Virus record (IMG/VR): IMGVR_UViG_3300031951_009873
Location: 1 to 64,000 of that record
Length of the DNA stretch: 64,000 bases
Direction: 5' to 3' (one strand)
DNA from: a virus
The notes beneath the pieces are model-generated. The model was not told where the DNA came from and ran no database searches. It worked only from the letters and a program-made list of their open reading frames with translations. Every line of letters begins with the position of its first letter. Position 1 is the first letter of the stretch. The translations under genes and the position numbers were made by a program. This document shows positions 9,209-18,809 of the stretch, piece after piece.

Positions 9209-11410
9209 ATGGCGATAACTAGACTTACCGGTGTATTGATTAAGAGCGGAAGTATTCCTACACATGCTTTAAGTGGTGGGGTAGTTTCTAGTTCGGCGCA
9301 GATTACCAGTTTACTACCCGCGGGCGCGGTTAGTAGTTCTGCACAAATCAATACTGGTTCATTTACTGGCTCTTTTACTGGTTCACTATTTGGCACCGCG
9401 AGTTATGCAGACTTTGCATTAACTCCCGCAGGTACTGCTGGTAGTTCGGGTACATCTGGTTCTTCTGGAACCAGTGGCTCATCGGGTACAGCAGGAAGTA
9501 GTGGAAGTACAGGTACCAGTGGAACATCAGGTAGTTCTGGAACAGCCGGTAGTAGTGGAACCTCAGGATCATCTGGTACAACAGGCTCTTCAGGAAGTAC
9601 AGGTACATCAGGAAGTAGCGGTTCTACTGGCACGAGCGGCTCATCAGGTTCTACCGGAACATCTGGTAGTAGCGGAACTTCTGGTTCTTCGGGTACCAGT
9701 GGAAGTTCTGGAAGCACTGGCACAAGCGGGTCATCTGGAACCGCAGGAAGTAGTGGAACAGCCGGTAGTTCAGGTACTAGTGGAACACTCACTCTTACAG
9801 GCACCACCGACAACGGATTAATCACACTTAATGGCTCTGCACCAAACGCAACCGTAGAAAGCAACTTAACATTTGACGGAAGTACCTTACGAGTTACGGG
9901 GTCCGCAATTATTACTAGTAACTTGACGGTACTCGGTACATCTTCTATTAGTTTTGTTTCTCAAAGTACCTTAGATATTGGTACCAATGTTATTACCGTT
10001 AATACATTATCTCCTGGTACAAGATTCGGTGGTCTATCGGTAATTGACTCTGGTTCATCACCAAAAGTAAGTGGTTCAATATTCTTTGATTCTCTCAAGG
10101 ACGAATGGATATTCATTCATCAACAAGCAGCAGGTGCAGGAGTTACCTCATCTGTATTTATGATGGGCCCACAAACATTTGATAGTGTTGGTAATGAACT
10201 TACTTTAACTACAAATAGAATTCCAAAGAGTCAAAATGCAGAACATCTTAGTGATTCTATTATCACTGATAATGGGTCACAAATTACTGTCGCAGGTACC
10301 GTATCAGCTTCCTCATTCACAAGTTCGATTGTAAATGGCGTTGGATTCTTTGGTACCGCATCATTCGCATTAACTCCAGCAGGTACAGCAGGTTCCTCTG
10401 GAACATCTGGAACCGCAGGAAGTAGTGGAACCGCTGGCTCATCGGGTACAGGCGGCAGTTCTGGTACCACGGGTACATCTGGTAGTAGTGGAACAGCGGG
10501 AACATCTGGTAGTTCAGGAACATCTGGTGCAGCAGGTACATCAGGTAGTTCGGGAACCAGTGGTAGTTCAGGAACATCTGGTTCTTCTGGAACTACAGGT
10601 ACATCAGGTAGTTCGGGAACAGCCGGAACCGGCGGTAGTTCTGGTACATCAGGAGCAAACGGAGCAACAGGAGCAACGGGTGCGGCAGGAACCAGTGGTA
10701 GTTCTGGTACAGCAGGTACTTCTGGCGCTGGAACTATTAGTGGTGGTTCCGCTGACAGAGTAGCAATATTCTCTGGAGCTACAACACTCACAAGTAACAC
10801 AGGACTAACATATAGTTCACCAAGACTTACTGTATCTGGTGACAGTCCAAATATTTACTTAAACTCTGGTAATGACGATTCCAGAATATATTTCACGGGT
10901 CTAGATAGATATATCCAAGGTTCAGCTGGCTCGGCCTTAAAATTCATCACACAAGATGGTCAACGCGCCCATATGGATTCATTTGGTGTGTATGTTAATG
11001 CGGCACTTGGTGTGGGTTCTCAACCAACTACGGGATGGACTGGTGGTGAAATCCGCGCAACTAATGAAATTACCGCATACGCATCGGATGCACGATTAAA
11101 GAATTTTCATGGAACTATTCAAGATGCGGTCAAGAAAGTATTATCAATTAATGGGTACTACTTCACAGAAAACGAAGTGGCTAAGTCACTAGGATTCAAT
11201 AAAGATGCAATGCAAGTCGGTGTCAGTGCACAAGAAATACAAGAAATACTTCCAGAAGTCGTTGCACCAGCTCCTGTTAATAATGAATACCTAACCGTGC
11301 GTTACGAACGGCTTACTGCATTATTAATTGAAGCAATTAAAGAACAACAAGGCACTATTGACAAATTACAAGAAAGAATTACGATTCTTGAAACAAATAA
11401 TAAAGGTTAA
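9209..11410 (+). CDS. Collagen-like tail fibre with C-terminal Peptidase S74 intramolecular chaperone
   Basis: Two Gly-X-Y tracts; C-terminal [10 protein letters not shown]...[15 protein letters not shown]...[20 protein letters not shown] is the S74 autocleaving chaperone signature. Confidence 0.85.
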   Translation: MAITRLTGVLIKSGSIPTHALSGGVVSSSAQITSLLPAGAVSSSAQINTGSFTGSFTGSLFGTASYADFALTPAGTAGSSGTSGSSGTSGSSGTAGSSGSTGTSGTSGSSGTAGSSGTSGSSGTTGSSGSTGTSGSSGSTGTSGSSGSTGTSGSSGTSGSSGTSGSSGSTGTSGSSGTAGSSGTAGSSGTSGTLTLTGTTDNGLITLNGSAPNATVESNLTFDGSTLRVTGSAIITSNLTVLGTSSISFVSQSTLDIGTNVITVNTLSPGTRFGGLSVIDSGSSPKVSGSIFFDSLKDEWIFIHQQAAGAGVTSSVFMMGPQTFDSVGNELTLTTNRIPKSQNAEHLSDSIITDNGSQITVAGTVSASSFTSSIVNGVGFFGTASFALTPAGTAGSSGTSGTAGSSGTAGSSGTGGSSGTTGTSGSSGTAGTSGSSGTSGAAGTSGSSGTSGSSGTSGSSGTTGTSGSSGTAGTGGSSGTSGANGATGATGAAGTSGSSGTAGTSGAGTISGGSADRVAIFSGATTLTSNTGLTYSSPRLTVSGDSPNIYLNSGNDDSRIYFTGLDRYIQGSAGSALKFITQDGQRAHMDSFGVYVNAALGVGSQPTTGWTGGEIRATNEITAYASDARLKNFHGTIQDAVKKVLSINGYYFTENEVAKSLGFNKDAMQVGVSAQEIQEILPEVVAPAPVNNEYLTVRYERLTALLIEAIKEQQGTIDKLQERITILETNNKG
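9431..9790 (+). repeat. Gly-X-Y tract 5 (~40 triplets)
   Basis: GTA GSS GTS... through GTL. Confidence 0.9.
10382..10723 (+). repeat. Gly-X-Y tract 6 (~38 triplets)
   Basis: GTA GSS GTS... including GAN GAT GAT GAA. Confidence 0.9.
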
Positions 11411-11422
11411 CGGGAGTACGGT

Positions 11423-11599
11423 ATGGGTATAATACCAGCAACCGGTTCGGAAATTGCGATGGGGCGGGTGCGAAACGCATACGGCCTTTCGGGACAAGTC
11501 GCACTGCGTGCCAATCTAGGTGCTCAAATTGGTATTACTACTGGTCAAATTCGTTTGTCTATTGATTTCGGTGGCAGAACCACACCAAATAATTATTAA
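11423..11599 (+). CDS. Small fibre-associated protein (58 aa; not in ORF track)
   Basis: GGGAG RBS; MGIIPATGSEIAMGRVRNAYGLSGQVALRANLGAQIGITTGQIRLSIDFGGRTTPNNY*; resembles the short P.SG.I proteins that follow S74-fibre genes. Confidence 0.7.
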   Translation: MGIIPATGSEIAMGRVRNAYGLSGQVALRANLGAQIGITTGQIRLSIDFGGRTTPNNY

Positions 11600-11608
11600 T
11601 ACTGGGAC

Positions 11609-11637
11609 TTGACAAGTTTAGTAGTATAATATATATT
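11609..11637 (+). promoter_or_regulatory. sigma70-type promoter at the start of the modification island
   Basis: TTGACA-N17-TATATT in the intergenic region upstream of 11670. Confidence 0.7.
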
Positions 11638-11669
11638 TAAATACGGTTATCTAATAAGGGGTTACTTTT

Positions 11670-12128
11670 ATGAGTGAAATAACATTCGAAACATTATTGG
11701 CAGCAGTAAATACTAACCCATCGGAATACGAAGAAAAGTATGTCCGATGGGTTTCTATTGGGTATGACAAAAAAGTTTTGGCAGAACTATTGTATGAATT
11801 ACAATATCTGAAAGAGAAAGACGAATGGCCAGAACGAATTAAATTTTTAGAAGGTATTCTCGCCCAATATAATCCACAACATTTATTGAATTTATTAAAC
11901 GGTGAAACGCAAACGACACGATTTGCGTTAATTGAAAAGTGGTCACGTCAAGGGGCTATGGAAATACTCATCTTTGATAAGTACAGTATCGATACATTAA
12001 ATACTGTCACACAGTTTCCATTGGCAGATTATCAACTCTTTGTCAAACGAGTACAAGAAATTGTCACTATGATTCGTGAAATCACCAGCCAAGCAGCAAC
12101 ATTAGCATCCGGAGTCGCCGGGCTATGA
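11670..12128 (+). CDS. Hypothetical protein (helical)
   Basis: 152-aa ORF with AAGGGG RBS; overlaps the next gene (ATGA). Confidence 0.6.
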   Translation: MSEITFETLLAAVNTNPSEYEEKYVRWVSIGYDKKVLAELLYELQYLKEKDEWPERIKFLEGILAQYNPQHLLNLLNGETQTTRFALIEKWSRQGAMEILIFDKYSIDTLNTVTQFPLADYQLFVKRVQEIVTMIREITSQAATLASGVAGL

Positions 12129-12823
12129 AGAACATCTACGACTTGACGATTTGGCAAACTAGACCTACAAAATTAGCGATTCTTATTCCATGCAGAGAAT
12201 CTGTATATAGTTTATTCACTGCGTCCTTAGTTGAGTTGGTCAAGACTACGACGATGGCAGGAATAGATGTTCATGTCATTTATGACCAAAGTACGATTTT
12301 ACTCACACAACGAGAAAGATTGGCACAGCAAGCATTAGCGATGAAAGCAGATTATGCTCTGTGGTTGGACTCGGATATGATGTTCCCAAGCACCACCGCG
12401 ATGCGTTTAATGGGACATAATGTTGATATCGTATGTTCCAACTATATGAAACGGTCGGTCCCACTTCAAACAGTCGCATATCCAGAACGAGGAAACTGGG
12501 AAAACTGGTTACCACTAGAGGGTGACCAAGAACTGCAAGAAGTGGAAGGTGTGGGTATGGGATGTATGATGATGAAAACCGAAGTACTGAACAAGCTGGT
12601 TCCTCCATATTTTGCCTTTGAATATAAGGACAAAGAATGGCACGGGGAAGATTTCTTTTTCCAGAGTAAATTGCGCAAAGCAGGATATAAGATACTCGTA
12701 GATATGAATCTCAGTTTCCAAGTTCGCCATGTAGGACAATGGGCGTTTGGGCCAAGTATTGCTACTAATGAAGAACAACGAATTAAGAGACATACAAAAA
12801 AGGTAAAGAAAAATGCTGAATAA
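12125..12823 (+). CDS. GT-A fold (GT2-like) glycosyltransferase
   Basis: ILIPCR, LWLDSDM (DxD), GVGMGCMMM, HGEDFFF and HVG motifs. Confidence 0.75.
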   Translation: MKNIYDLTIWQTRPTKLAILIPCRESVYSLFTASLVELVKTTTMAGIDVHVIYDQSTILLTQRERLAQQALAMKADYALWLDSDMMFPSTTAMRLMGHNVDIVCSNYMKRSVPLQTVAYPERGNWENWLPLEGDQELQEVEGVGMGCMMMKTEVLNKLVPPYFAFEYKDKEWHGEDFFFQSKLRKAGYKILVDMNLSFQVRHVGQWAFGPSIATNEEQRIKRHTKKVKKNAE

Positions 12824-13922
12824 TGAGTCGTGGTTAGCACATAGTGATTTATTTAAAAAATATTGGGTAGTAGAAATTAAACCGTGGGTACGTAGTTTGG
12901 GTTGGTTTACTGACTATATGGAAACTGTAAAGGACGCAGATGGTTGGGCACAAGCAGGAGAAAAAGAATTATCAGTATTTGATTATGTTCAGATTGTAGA
13001 CCAACCGTTAGCTGAAAAGAAATTATATCGTTGTATTAATAGTGTTTCTTGGGAGCACATTTCTGGTCCTGTATTATTTGTCGTTCGTAAAGATAACGAG
13101 CAAGTGTTTATTGCAGGGTGGGCGGGAGAACGGAAGATTATTGAAAAGATGAAACAAGAAAGTGATGACCCATGGCAATGGTCAGAAAAGATGATTGTCG
13201 AAGTTAATCCCGCATCTGCAATACGAACTGTGCCGACTGCAAAAAGACCAAAAGACAAAACTGTTCCTGTATTTTTCGTCAGTAATGGGGAAAGTAATGC
13301 AGATGAAAATTGGAAGCATTTAACTAACTTATATCCACATGCAATTCGTATAGATGGAATAAATGGACGAAGAAAGATGTTTCATCGTTGTGTTGATTTA
13401 GCTAGGGACGCAAAGCAATTCTTTGTAATCACTGGCAAAAATTACATAACTGATTTAAATGTATTTAATTATCCGGTTGAAACGGTTACAGATGCTCACA
13501 TTATATTTCATGCAAAGAATATGAGTAATCGTTTGGAATATGGACATATGGGTATCGTCTGTTATAATAGCAATCTTGTACTGAATACTCCAAAAAACTT
13601 TGGATTGGATTTCACACAATTTAGTAAGACCGTTACTATTCCAATGACAGTCAGTGAAGCACACTTTGCAACATCTCCGTTCGAAGCATGGAGAACTGCG
13701 TTCCGTGAAGCAGTTAAGTTATCTATGACACACACTCCAGATGCACATCTGTGGTTACAACGGTGGACTGCCTTTGCTGAAGGTCCAAACGCTAACTGGG
13801 TATTAAAGGGTACGGAAGACGGTATACAGTACGCAGAACAGTATGTAAAGAATCCAGATGAATTACAAAAAACTGTGGATTGGAATTGGTTACAAGAAAA
13901 GTTTGAAGAGTTGCATGATTGA
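12813..13922 (+). CDS. Putative glycosyltransferase-like protein (phage family)
   Basis: FVSNGESNADENW, IDGING, N.LEYGHMG and EAWRTAFREAVKL motifs; the usual DxD is not evident (VITGKN). Confidence 0.5.
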   Translation: MLNNESWLAHSDLFKKYWVVEIKPWVRSLGWFTDYMETVKDADGWAQAGEKELSVFDYVQIVDQPLAEKKLYRCINSVSWEHISGPVLFVVRKDNEQVFIAGWAGERKIIEKMKQESDDPWQWSEKMIVEVNPASAIRTVPTAKRPKDKTVPVFFVSNGESNADENWKHLTNLYPHAIRIDGINGRRKMFHRCVDLARDAKQFFVITGKNYITDLNVFNYPVETVTDAHIIFHAKNMSNRLEYGHMGIVCYNSNLVLNTPKNFGLDFTQFSKTVTIPMTVSEAHFATSPFEAWRTAFREAVKLSMTHTPDAHLWLQRWTAFAEGPNANWVLKGTEDGIQYAEQYVKNPDELQKTVDWNWLQEKFEELHD

Positions 13923-13924
13923 CA

Positions 13925-14584
13925 ATGACAATAAATCCAAACAATTTAATTCCTATATCAACTATCAACGATACGTTAATGATAAAGTCATCACGCGTTA
14001 TTCAATGGATGACAACAATACGTGAATGTCCTCCTGGTGCACGTTATAGAATACTTGAAAATTTTTGGGAAAGTCAAATACGTAGTAAATGTTGGTTAGT
14101 GAATTCTATAAAAAAGCATTTGCCTGCATTAACTGGACGAGTTTATGTAATTGGCGGATGGTATGGAATATTATCACAATTGATAGTAGATAATTTTCCT
14201 ACTATAGTATATAATGTAGATATAGATGATAGTTGTATAAAGTATGGTAAACTACTTTCAAACGATGATTCTAGAATACAATTTATAACAAATGATATGG
14301 CAAAGTTCAACAAATATGTCGATGCCAAGTTGATAATCAATACTAGTACAGAACACGTTACGGAAGAAAAATACAATGAGTGGTTTTCAGGATTACCAGA
14401 AAATGTACCTATTGTTGTTCAAGGAAATGATTTTCATGAATGCGAAGACCATATAAGAACTACAGAATCATTAGATGAGTTTAATAGAGTTAGTTTATTA
14501 AGAACTATAATATATTCAGATAAAATAGAATGTCCGGGTGTAGGTAAACCATTTCACAGATTTATGACAATAGGATATAAATAA
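13925..14584 (+). CDS. Class I SAM-dependent methyltransferase-like protein
   Basis: VIGGWYG glycine motif, VDID, INTSTEH, RFMTIG; TTG at 13919 is an alternative start. Confidence 0.65.
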   Translation: MTINPNNLIPISTINDTLMIKSSRVIQWMTTIRECPPGARYRILENFWESQIRSKCWLVNSIKKHLPALTGRVYVIGGWYGILSQLIVDNFPTIVYNVDIDDSCIKYGKLLSNDDSRIQFITNDMAKFNKYVDAKLIINTSTEHVTEEKYNEWFSGLPENVPIVVQGNDFHECEDHIRTTESLDEFNRVSLLRTIIYSDKIECPGVGKPFHRFMTIGYK

Positions 14585-14585
14585 T

Positions 14586-15998
14586 ATGAGCGCATCGGAG
14601 TTATTTAGAAGCACAAAAAGAAAACTGGACGTTATTAGTTCAACAATGTGTTTAGCAAAGTGGCAACAAGTTACAATTCATTTAGGTAACGGAACGACTC
14701 ATAGCTGCCACCATCCTAGGGTTCATTTAATTCCTTTAGAAGAATTAGAAAATAATCCATCTGCTTTACATAACACACAGTATAAAAAAGAATTAAGAAA
14801 GCAGATGTTAAATGGAGAACGTCCAGACGAATGTGATTATTGTTGGAGAGTAGAAGATAATCCACGTGGTGATACGGATGGGGATGTATATAGTGACAGA
14901 ATTGTGAAGAGTTCTGAAAATTGGGCTGCTCCGCACTATGACCAAGTTAAAAATATGCCGTGGAGCACCAATATAAATCCATCATATATGGAAGTTGATT
15001 TCGATACTACTTGTAATTTTAAGTGTGCGTACTGTTCTCCGCTGTATTCTACTACGTGGATGCAAGAAATTAAACAACACGGTCCATATAAATTACCAAC
15101 TATGGTCTTTAATAACATAGATCACTTAGAACGTGGTAAAGGATTACCTATTTTACAGTCTGAAGAAAATCCTTATATTGATGCGTTCTGGAAGTGGTGG
15201 CCTGATGCTGTACGTCACCTCCATACGTTTAGAATTACTGGTGGGGAACCACTACTAAGTAAGAATACATTTAAAGTTCTTGACTTCTTAATTGACAACC
15301 CACAACCACAGATGGAATTTAACATCAACAGTAATTTGGGTGCACCTAAGGAAATTGTAGATAAATTTATTGAAAAAATTGCAATCATACAAGACAAAAA
15401 GGCTGTCAAGGAATTTAAGCTATTTACTAGTAATGAAGCTCACGGCAAACGAGCAGAATATATTCGTTTTGGTTTAAACTACGATTACTGGTTAGGTAAT
15501 GTGGACAGAGTTTTAAGCGAAGTGCCCGATAGTAAAGTCACTATGATGAGTACGTTTAATTTATTGTCTGTTACTTCTTACTTAGATTTCTTAAAGGATA
15601 TGTTGGAATTGAAATTACGTTATTCACATCAAACAAAGAGACAAATACCATTAGCAGTAGACGTACCATACCTAAGACATCCAGACTTTTTAGCAGCATG
15701 GGTGTTAACTGAGAATTATCTTGATTATATTGGAGAGTGTGTAACTTTCATGTATAGAAATCAAGAATTTGGCAGATGGTATCCGTTGGCTACCAAGGGA
15801 TTCTTTGAACATGAAATTCACAGAATGGAACGGTTGTATTATTTAGTTTCTAAACAAATGGGAGTTAATAAACCAGAAAACATAGAACAGAGAAGAAACT
15901 TTGGCCTATTCATTGATGAATATGATAAGCGTAGAGGAACAAATTTCACACAAACCTTTCCAGAATTAGAAGATTTTTACCGTTTCTGTAAGATTTGA
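14586..15998 (+). CDS. Radical SAM enzyme with N-terminal twitch/SPASM-like Cys cluster
   Basis: CNFKCAYC (CX3CX2C), ITGGEPLL; N-terminal CLAKW..SCHH..CDYCW. Confidence 0.9.
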   Translation: MSASELFRSTKRKLDVISSTMCLAKWQQVTIHLGNGTTHSCHHPRVHLIPLEELENNPSALHNTQYKKELRKQMLNGERPDECDYCWRVEDNPRGDTDGDVYSDRIVKSSENWAAPHYDQVKNMPWSTNINPSYMEVDFDTTCNFKCAYCSPLYSTTWMQEIKQHGPYKLPTMVFNNIDHLERGKGLPILQSEENPYIDAFWKWWPDAVRHLHTFRITGGEPLLSKNTFKVLDFLIDNPQPQMEFNINSNLGAPKEIVDKFIEKIAIIQDKKAVKEFKLFTSNEAHGKRAEYIRFGLNYDYWLGNVDRVLSEVPDSKVTMMSTFNLLSVTSYLDFLKDMLELKLRYSHQTKRQIPLAVDVPYLRHPDFLAAWVLTENYLDYIGECVTFMYRNQEFGRWYPLATKGFFEHEIHRMERLYYLVSKQMGVNKPENIEQRRNFGLFIDEYDKRRGTNFTQTFPELEDFYRFCKI

Positions 15999-15999
15999 G

Positions 16000-17379
16000 A
16001 TGAAGAGAATAAATTTTTTGTATGAGTTTATAACACCGAACGGCGTATTACCGCTGGGATATCAAAAAACAGATCTTCCAATAATCTTTAGTGAAATTAA
16101 TGAAGTATTAATAGGAGTAGACCACGCTACTATTAGAAGCGTGAATGCTCCTAAGTTTAGAGTGTCATCACCAGCATATGATATTTTTGATATCATATCA
16201 GATTACTTTGAACCATATAAAGATATACGTAGAGTATTACTTAAAGATTTAAGTGAAGCAGAACTTAAAAATGATTATAATATTTTTGCAATAACTAGTA
16301 CACATGACCAATCTATTGTCGAGTACATATCTGGATTAGACTTTGATGATATGTTTACTAGTTCGGCGTTTTCATTACTTAAAAAGCATGATAGAGTAAA
16401 ATTGGTGTTTATTGATAATAAAGAAGGCGGGTTTCAGTACCCAGATAAATTTTTTAAATCTATTCACACGTTTGTTGATAAGCATAAATTTAATAAAAAC
16501 AAAATAATTTTTATAACTAATACTTCTAACATAAAAGAAATTTATGAAAATTATTTAAAAAAGTCACAATTATATTCATTTATGATTTGTGAGTCCATTA
16601 ACTTTTACATTAGTGGTGAACCTGGTAAAAATATTGTACGGTATGAAAACACCACTAAAAACTATCTAGTAGATAAGATAGTAGAACATGATATGGAGTA
16701 TTCCTTGGATATGTCTCCATCAAGTAATCTACGCAATAAACACTTCTTATGTATGAACAGAAATAGTGGTAGACTGCATAGACCCAAATTAATATTAAAA
16801 TTAATACAAGAAGGAATATTTGATAAAGGATTGTCGTCTTTATTAAGGTCCGACGAATTTAATAGATTCTGCGAAAAACCAGAAAATATAGATTATAAAA
16901 CTAATATAAAAGAAAAGTATCCATTTGTGATAGATTATGAAAACGCAGATTATGTTGCGGGTATGCACAATTATTTCACAAAAAAAGAAATGTGGAATGA
17001 TACTTACTTCTCGATAGTAGCAGAAAGTTGTATAGAAACAGGTCCGGTGTTTATTACAGAAAAGGTAGTAAGACCTATGATATATTTTCATCCGTTTATA
17101 GTTTATGGTAATCCAAACACGTTGTCAGAACTACGTAAACTAGGATTTAAAACTTTCCCAGAATTTTTTGATGAAAGTTATGATTTAATTGAGAACGAAG
17201 ATGAACGTTTATCAATGATTGTAGAAAATATAAAGCGTATAAGTAATATGACATTGGAAGATGTACATAAGTTATATAACTCTGTATATCCAAAATTAGT
17301 CCACAACAGAAATTTGTTAGCTAAAATGGCAAAAGATAATTTTGTTGGTAACAAGTTTTTAGATACTATAAATTTATGA
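16000..17379 (+). CDS. GT10/fucosyltransferase-like (GT-B) protein, paralog 1
   Basis: FLCMNR...R.HR and FSIVAES...ITEKVVRPM..HPFIVYG...L..LGFKTF...DESYD. Confidence 0.5.
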   Translation: MKRINFLYEFITPNGVLPLGYQKTDLPIIFSEINEVLIGVDHATIRSVNAPKFRVSSPAYDIFDIISDYFEPYKDIRRVLLKDLSEAELKNDYNIFAITSTHDQSIVEYISGLDFDDMFTSSAFSLLKKHDRVKLVFIDNKEGGFQYPDKFFKSIHTFVDKHKFNKNKIIFITNTSNIKEIYENYLKKSQLYSFMICESINFYISGEPGKNIVRYENTTKNYLVDKIVEHDMEYSLDMSPSSNLRNKHFLCMNRNSGRLHRPKLILKLIQEGIFDKGLSSLLRSDEFNRFCEKPENIDYKTNIKEKYPFVIDYENADYVAGMHNYFTKKEMWNDTYFSIVAESCIETGPVFITEKVVRPMIYFHPFIVYGNPNTLSELRKLGFKTFPEFFDESYDLIENEDERLSMIVENIKRISNMTLEDVHKLYNSVYPKLVHNRNLLAKMAKDNFVGNKFLDTINL

Positions 17380-18809
17380 AAGACATTTTTTTAGTGCATG
17401 ATTATATAACACCGTATGGTGAGTTGGAAAACGGTTTGAATTTTGATTATTTTTATTCTTATATTGAAAAGGATTTCAACAAATACCACGACATCATAGC
17501 CGATTTACAAAAAAAATATTACGATGGTGTCTCTGTATGGATTGGACAAGGTACTATCTCGTATGCAGTAAAGGAAGAACTATCCACATATGATGTATTT
17601 GCAAATAATCATAAAACCGATGGTGTGTATCTATATCCTATATCTCCATTTGGTGGAGCTAGTTGTGCGTTTGGAATAAACCATAGTTTACACCAGAACA
17701 GGTCATTTTTCTTTTTCATACCAGAGAAAACAAAATACTTAATTAGAACTTTAGAAAATTTCTACTTATTTATAAATTATTCCAACGAAGGTACGTTGGA
17801 TACTAATTTTTTTGAAGTAATATATAAAGATGCAGAAGAATTCAATATTCCGTTCGAAAAAATAATATTCTGTATATCTGATTATGATATAAAAATGAGT
17901 TTCGATGCTTGGTATCAAGGATATAAAAACAGACCAGATGTAAGTTCAAACATATCCAAAATCAAGATTTTGTATCACACATGGTCATTGAGAGACAAGG
18001 CAAAGGAGTTTAAAAAAATATTAAACAACGAGGCCACGGTATTTAATCACAATAAAAACAAATGTACAGTCGTAACAAAAGAAGAAGTTACAGACAAAAT
18101 TGTTAGACAAAAACGATTTTTAATGTTGAATAGAAGATTAAGACCGCATAGGTTATACTCTATATTACTATGCAGCCATTTGAATTTGCTAAACGAGTTT
18201 TATATTTCTTATGATTTAAACAATATGGAAGTGTTTGAATTAGAAAAATCAATGTATACAACCGACCATCTTAAAAATGAATTTCCATTTGAATTAGTAG
18301 AAGAAGAATACAAAAAATTAAAGATGACAGCTCCGGTTAGTACGCTAGATTTTAAAAATTTACAAGATGTGTGGGGATTTAATTTTGAAGATAAACGAAT
18401 TTATCAGCAATCATACATACACATAACTTCGGAAACTAATTTTTTTGAAAATGGTGGATATTTTTCTGAAAAGACATGGAAACCCATCGGCCATCTCCAA
18501 CCGTTCATTTTTCTTGGACCAGCAAATGGATTAAAAGAAATTAAAAAGTTAGGATTTAAAACATTTTCTCCATTTATAGATGAAAGTTATGATGAAGAAA
18601 GAAATAATGCAAAACGATTTAAAATGATAATAAATGAAATAGAAAGATTAGCAAAATTGCCATTAGAAGAAATTCATAATTGGTATCATTCTATTTTTGA
18701 AGATATTTTAATATATAATCAAGAGTTGTTTATACAATATGAAAATGATGACTTGATGAAAAATTTTTTCACTAAAAATCTGTTTGAGGTCTTGGATGTT
18801 AACACCTAA
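17376..18809 (+). CDS. GT10-like protein, paralog 2
   Basis: FLMLNRRLRPHR; ITSETN..FSEKTWKPI..QPFIFLG..LGFKTFS.FIDESYD. Confidence 0.5.
   Translation: MKDIFLVHDYITPYGELENGLNFDYFYSYIEKDFNKYHDIIADLQKKYYDGVSVWIGQGTISYAVKEELSTYDVFANNHKTDGVYLYPISPFGGASCAFGINHSLHQNRSFFFFIPEKTKYLIRTLENFYLFINYSNEGTLDTNFFEVIYKDAEEFNIPFEKIIFCISDYDIKMSFDAWYQGYKNRPDVSSNISKIKILYHTWSLRDKAKEFKKILNNEATVFNHNKNKCTVVTKEEVTDKIVRQKRFLMLNRRLRPHRLYSILLCSHLNLLNEFYISYDLNNMEVFELEKSMYTTDHLKNEFPFELVEEEYKKLKMTAPVSTLDFKNLQDVWGFNFEDKRIYQQSYIHITSETNFFENGGYFSEKTWKPIGHLQPFIFLGPANGLKEIKKLGFKTFSPFIDESYDEERNNAKRFKMIINEIERLAKLPLEEIHNWYHSIFEDILIYNQELFIQYENDDLMKNFFTKNLFEVLDVNT

Noticed and set aside
6154-9879. Diversity-generating retroelement template/variable repeats
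   Set aside because: No reverse transcriptase in the window; differences between repeat copies look largely synonymous and not adenine-specific
4855-10723. Repeat arrays as CRISPR or non-coding tandem repeats
   Set aside because: 9-nt coding periodicity with synonymous variation; no constant repeat/unique spacer structure; no cas genes
4818-10800. Long minus-strand Pro/Glu/Val/Leu-rich ORFs and alternate-frame plus-strand ORFs over the repeats
   Set aside because: Shadows of the Gly-Ser-Thr codon repeats, which lack stops in other frames; no RBS, and they overlap clear genes
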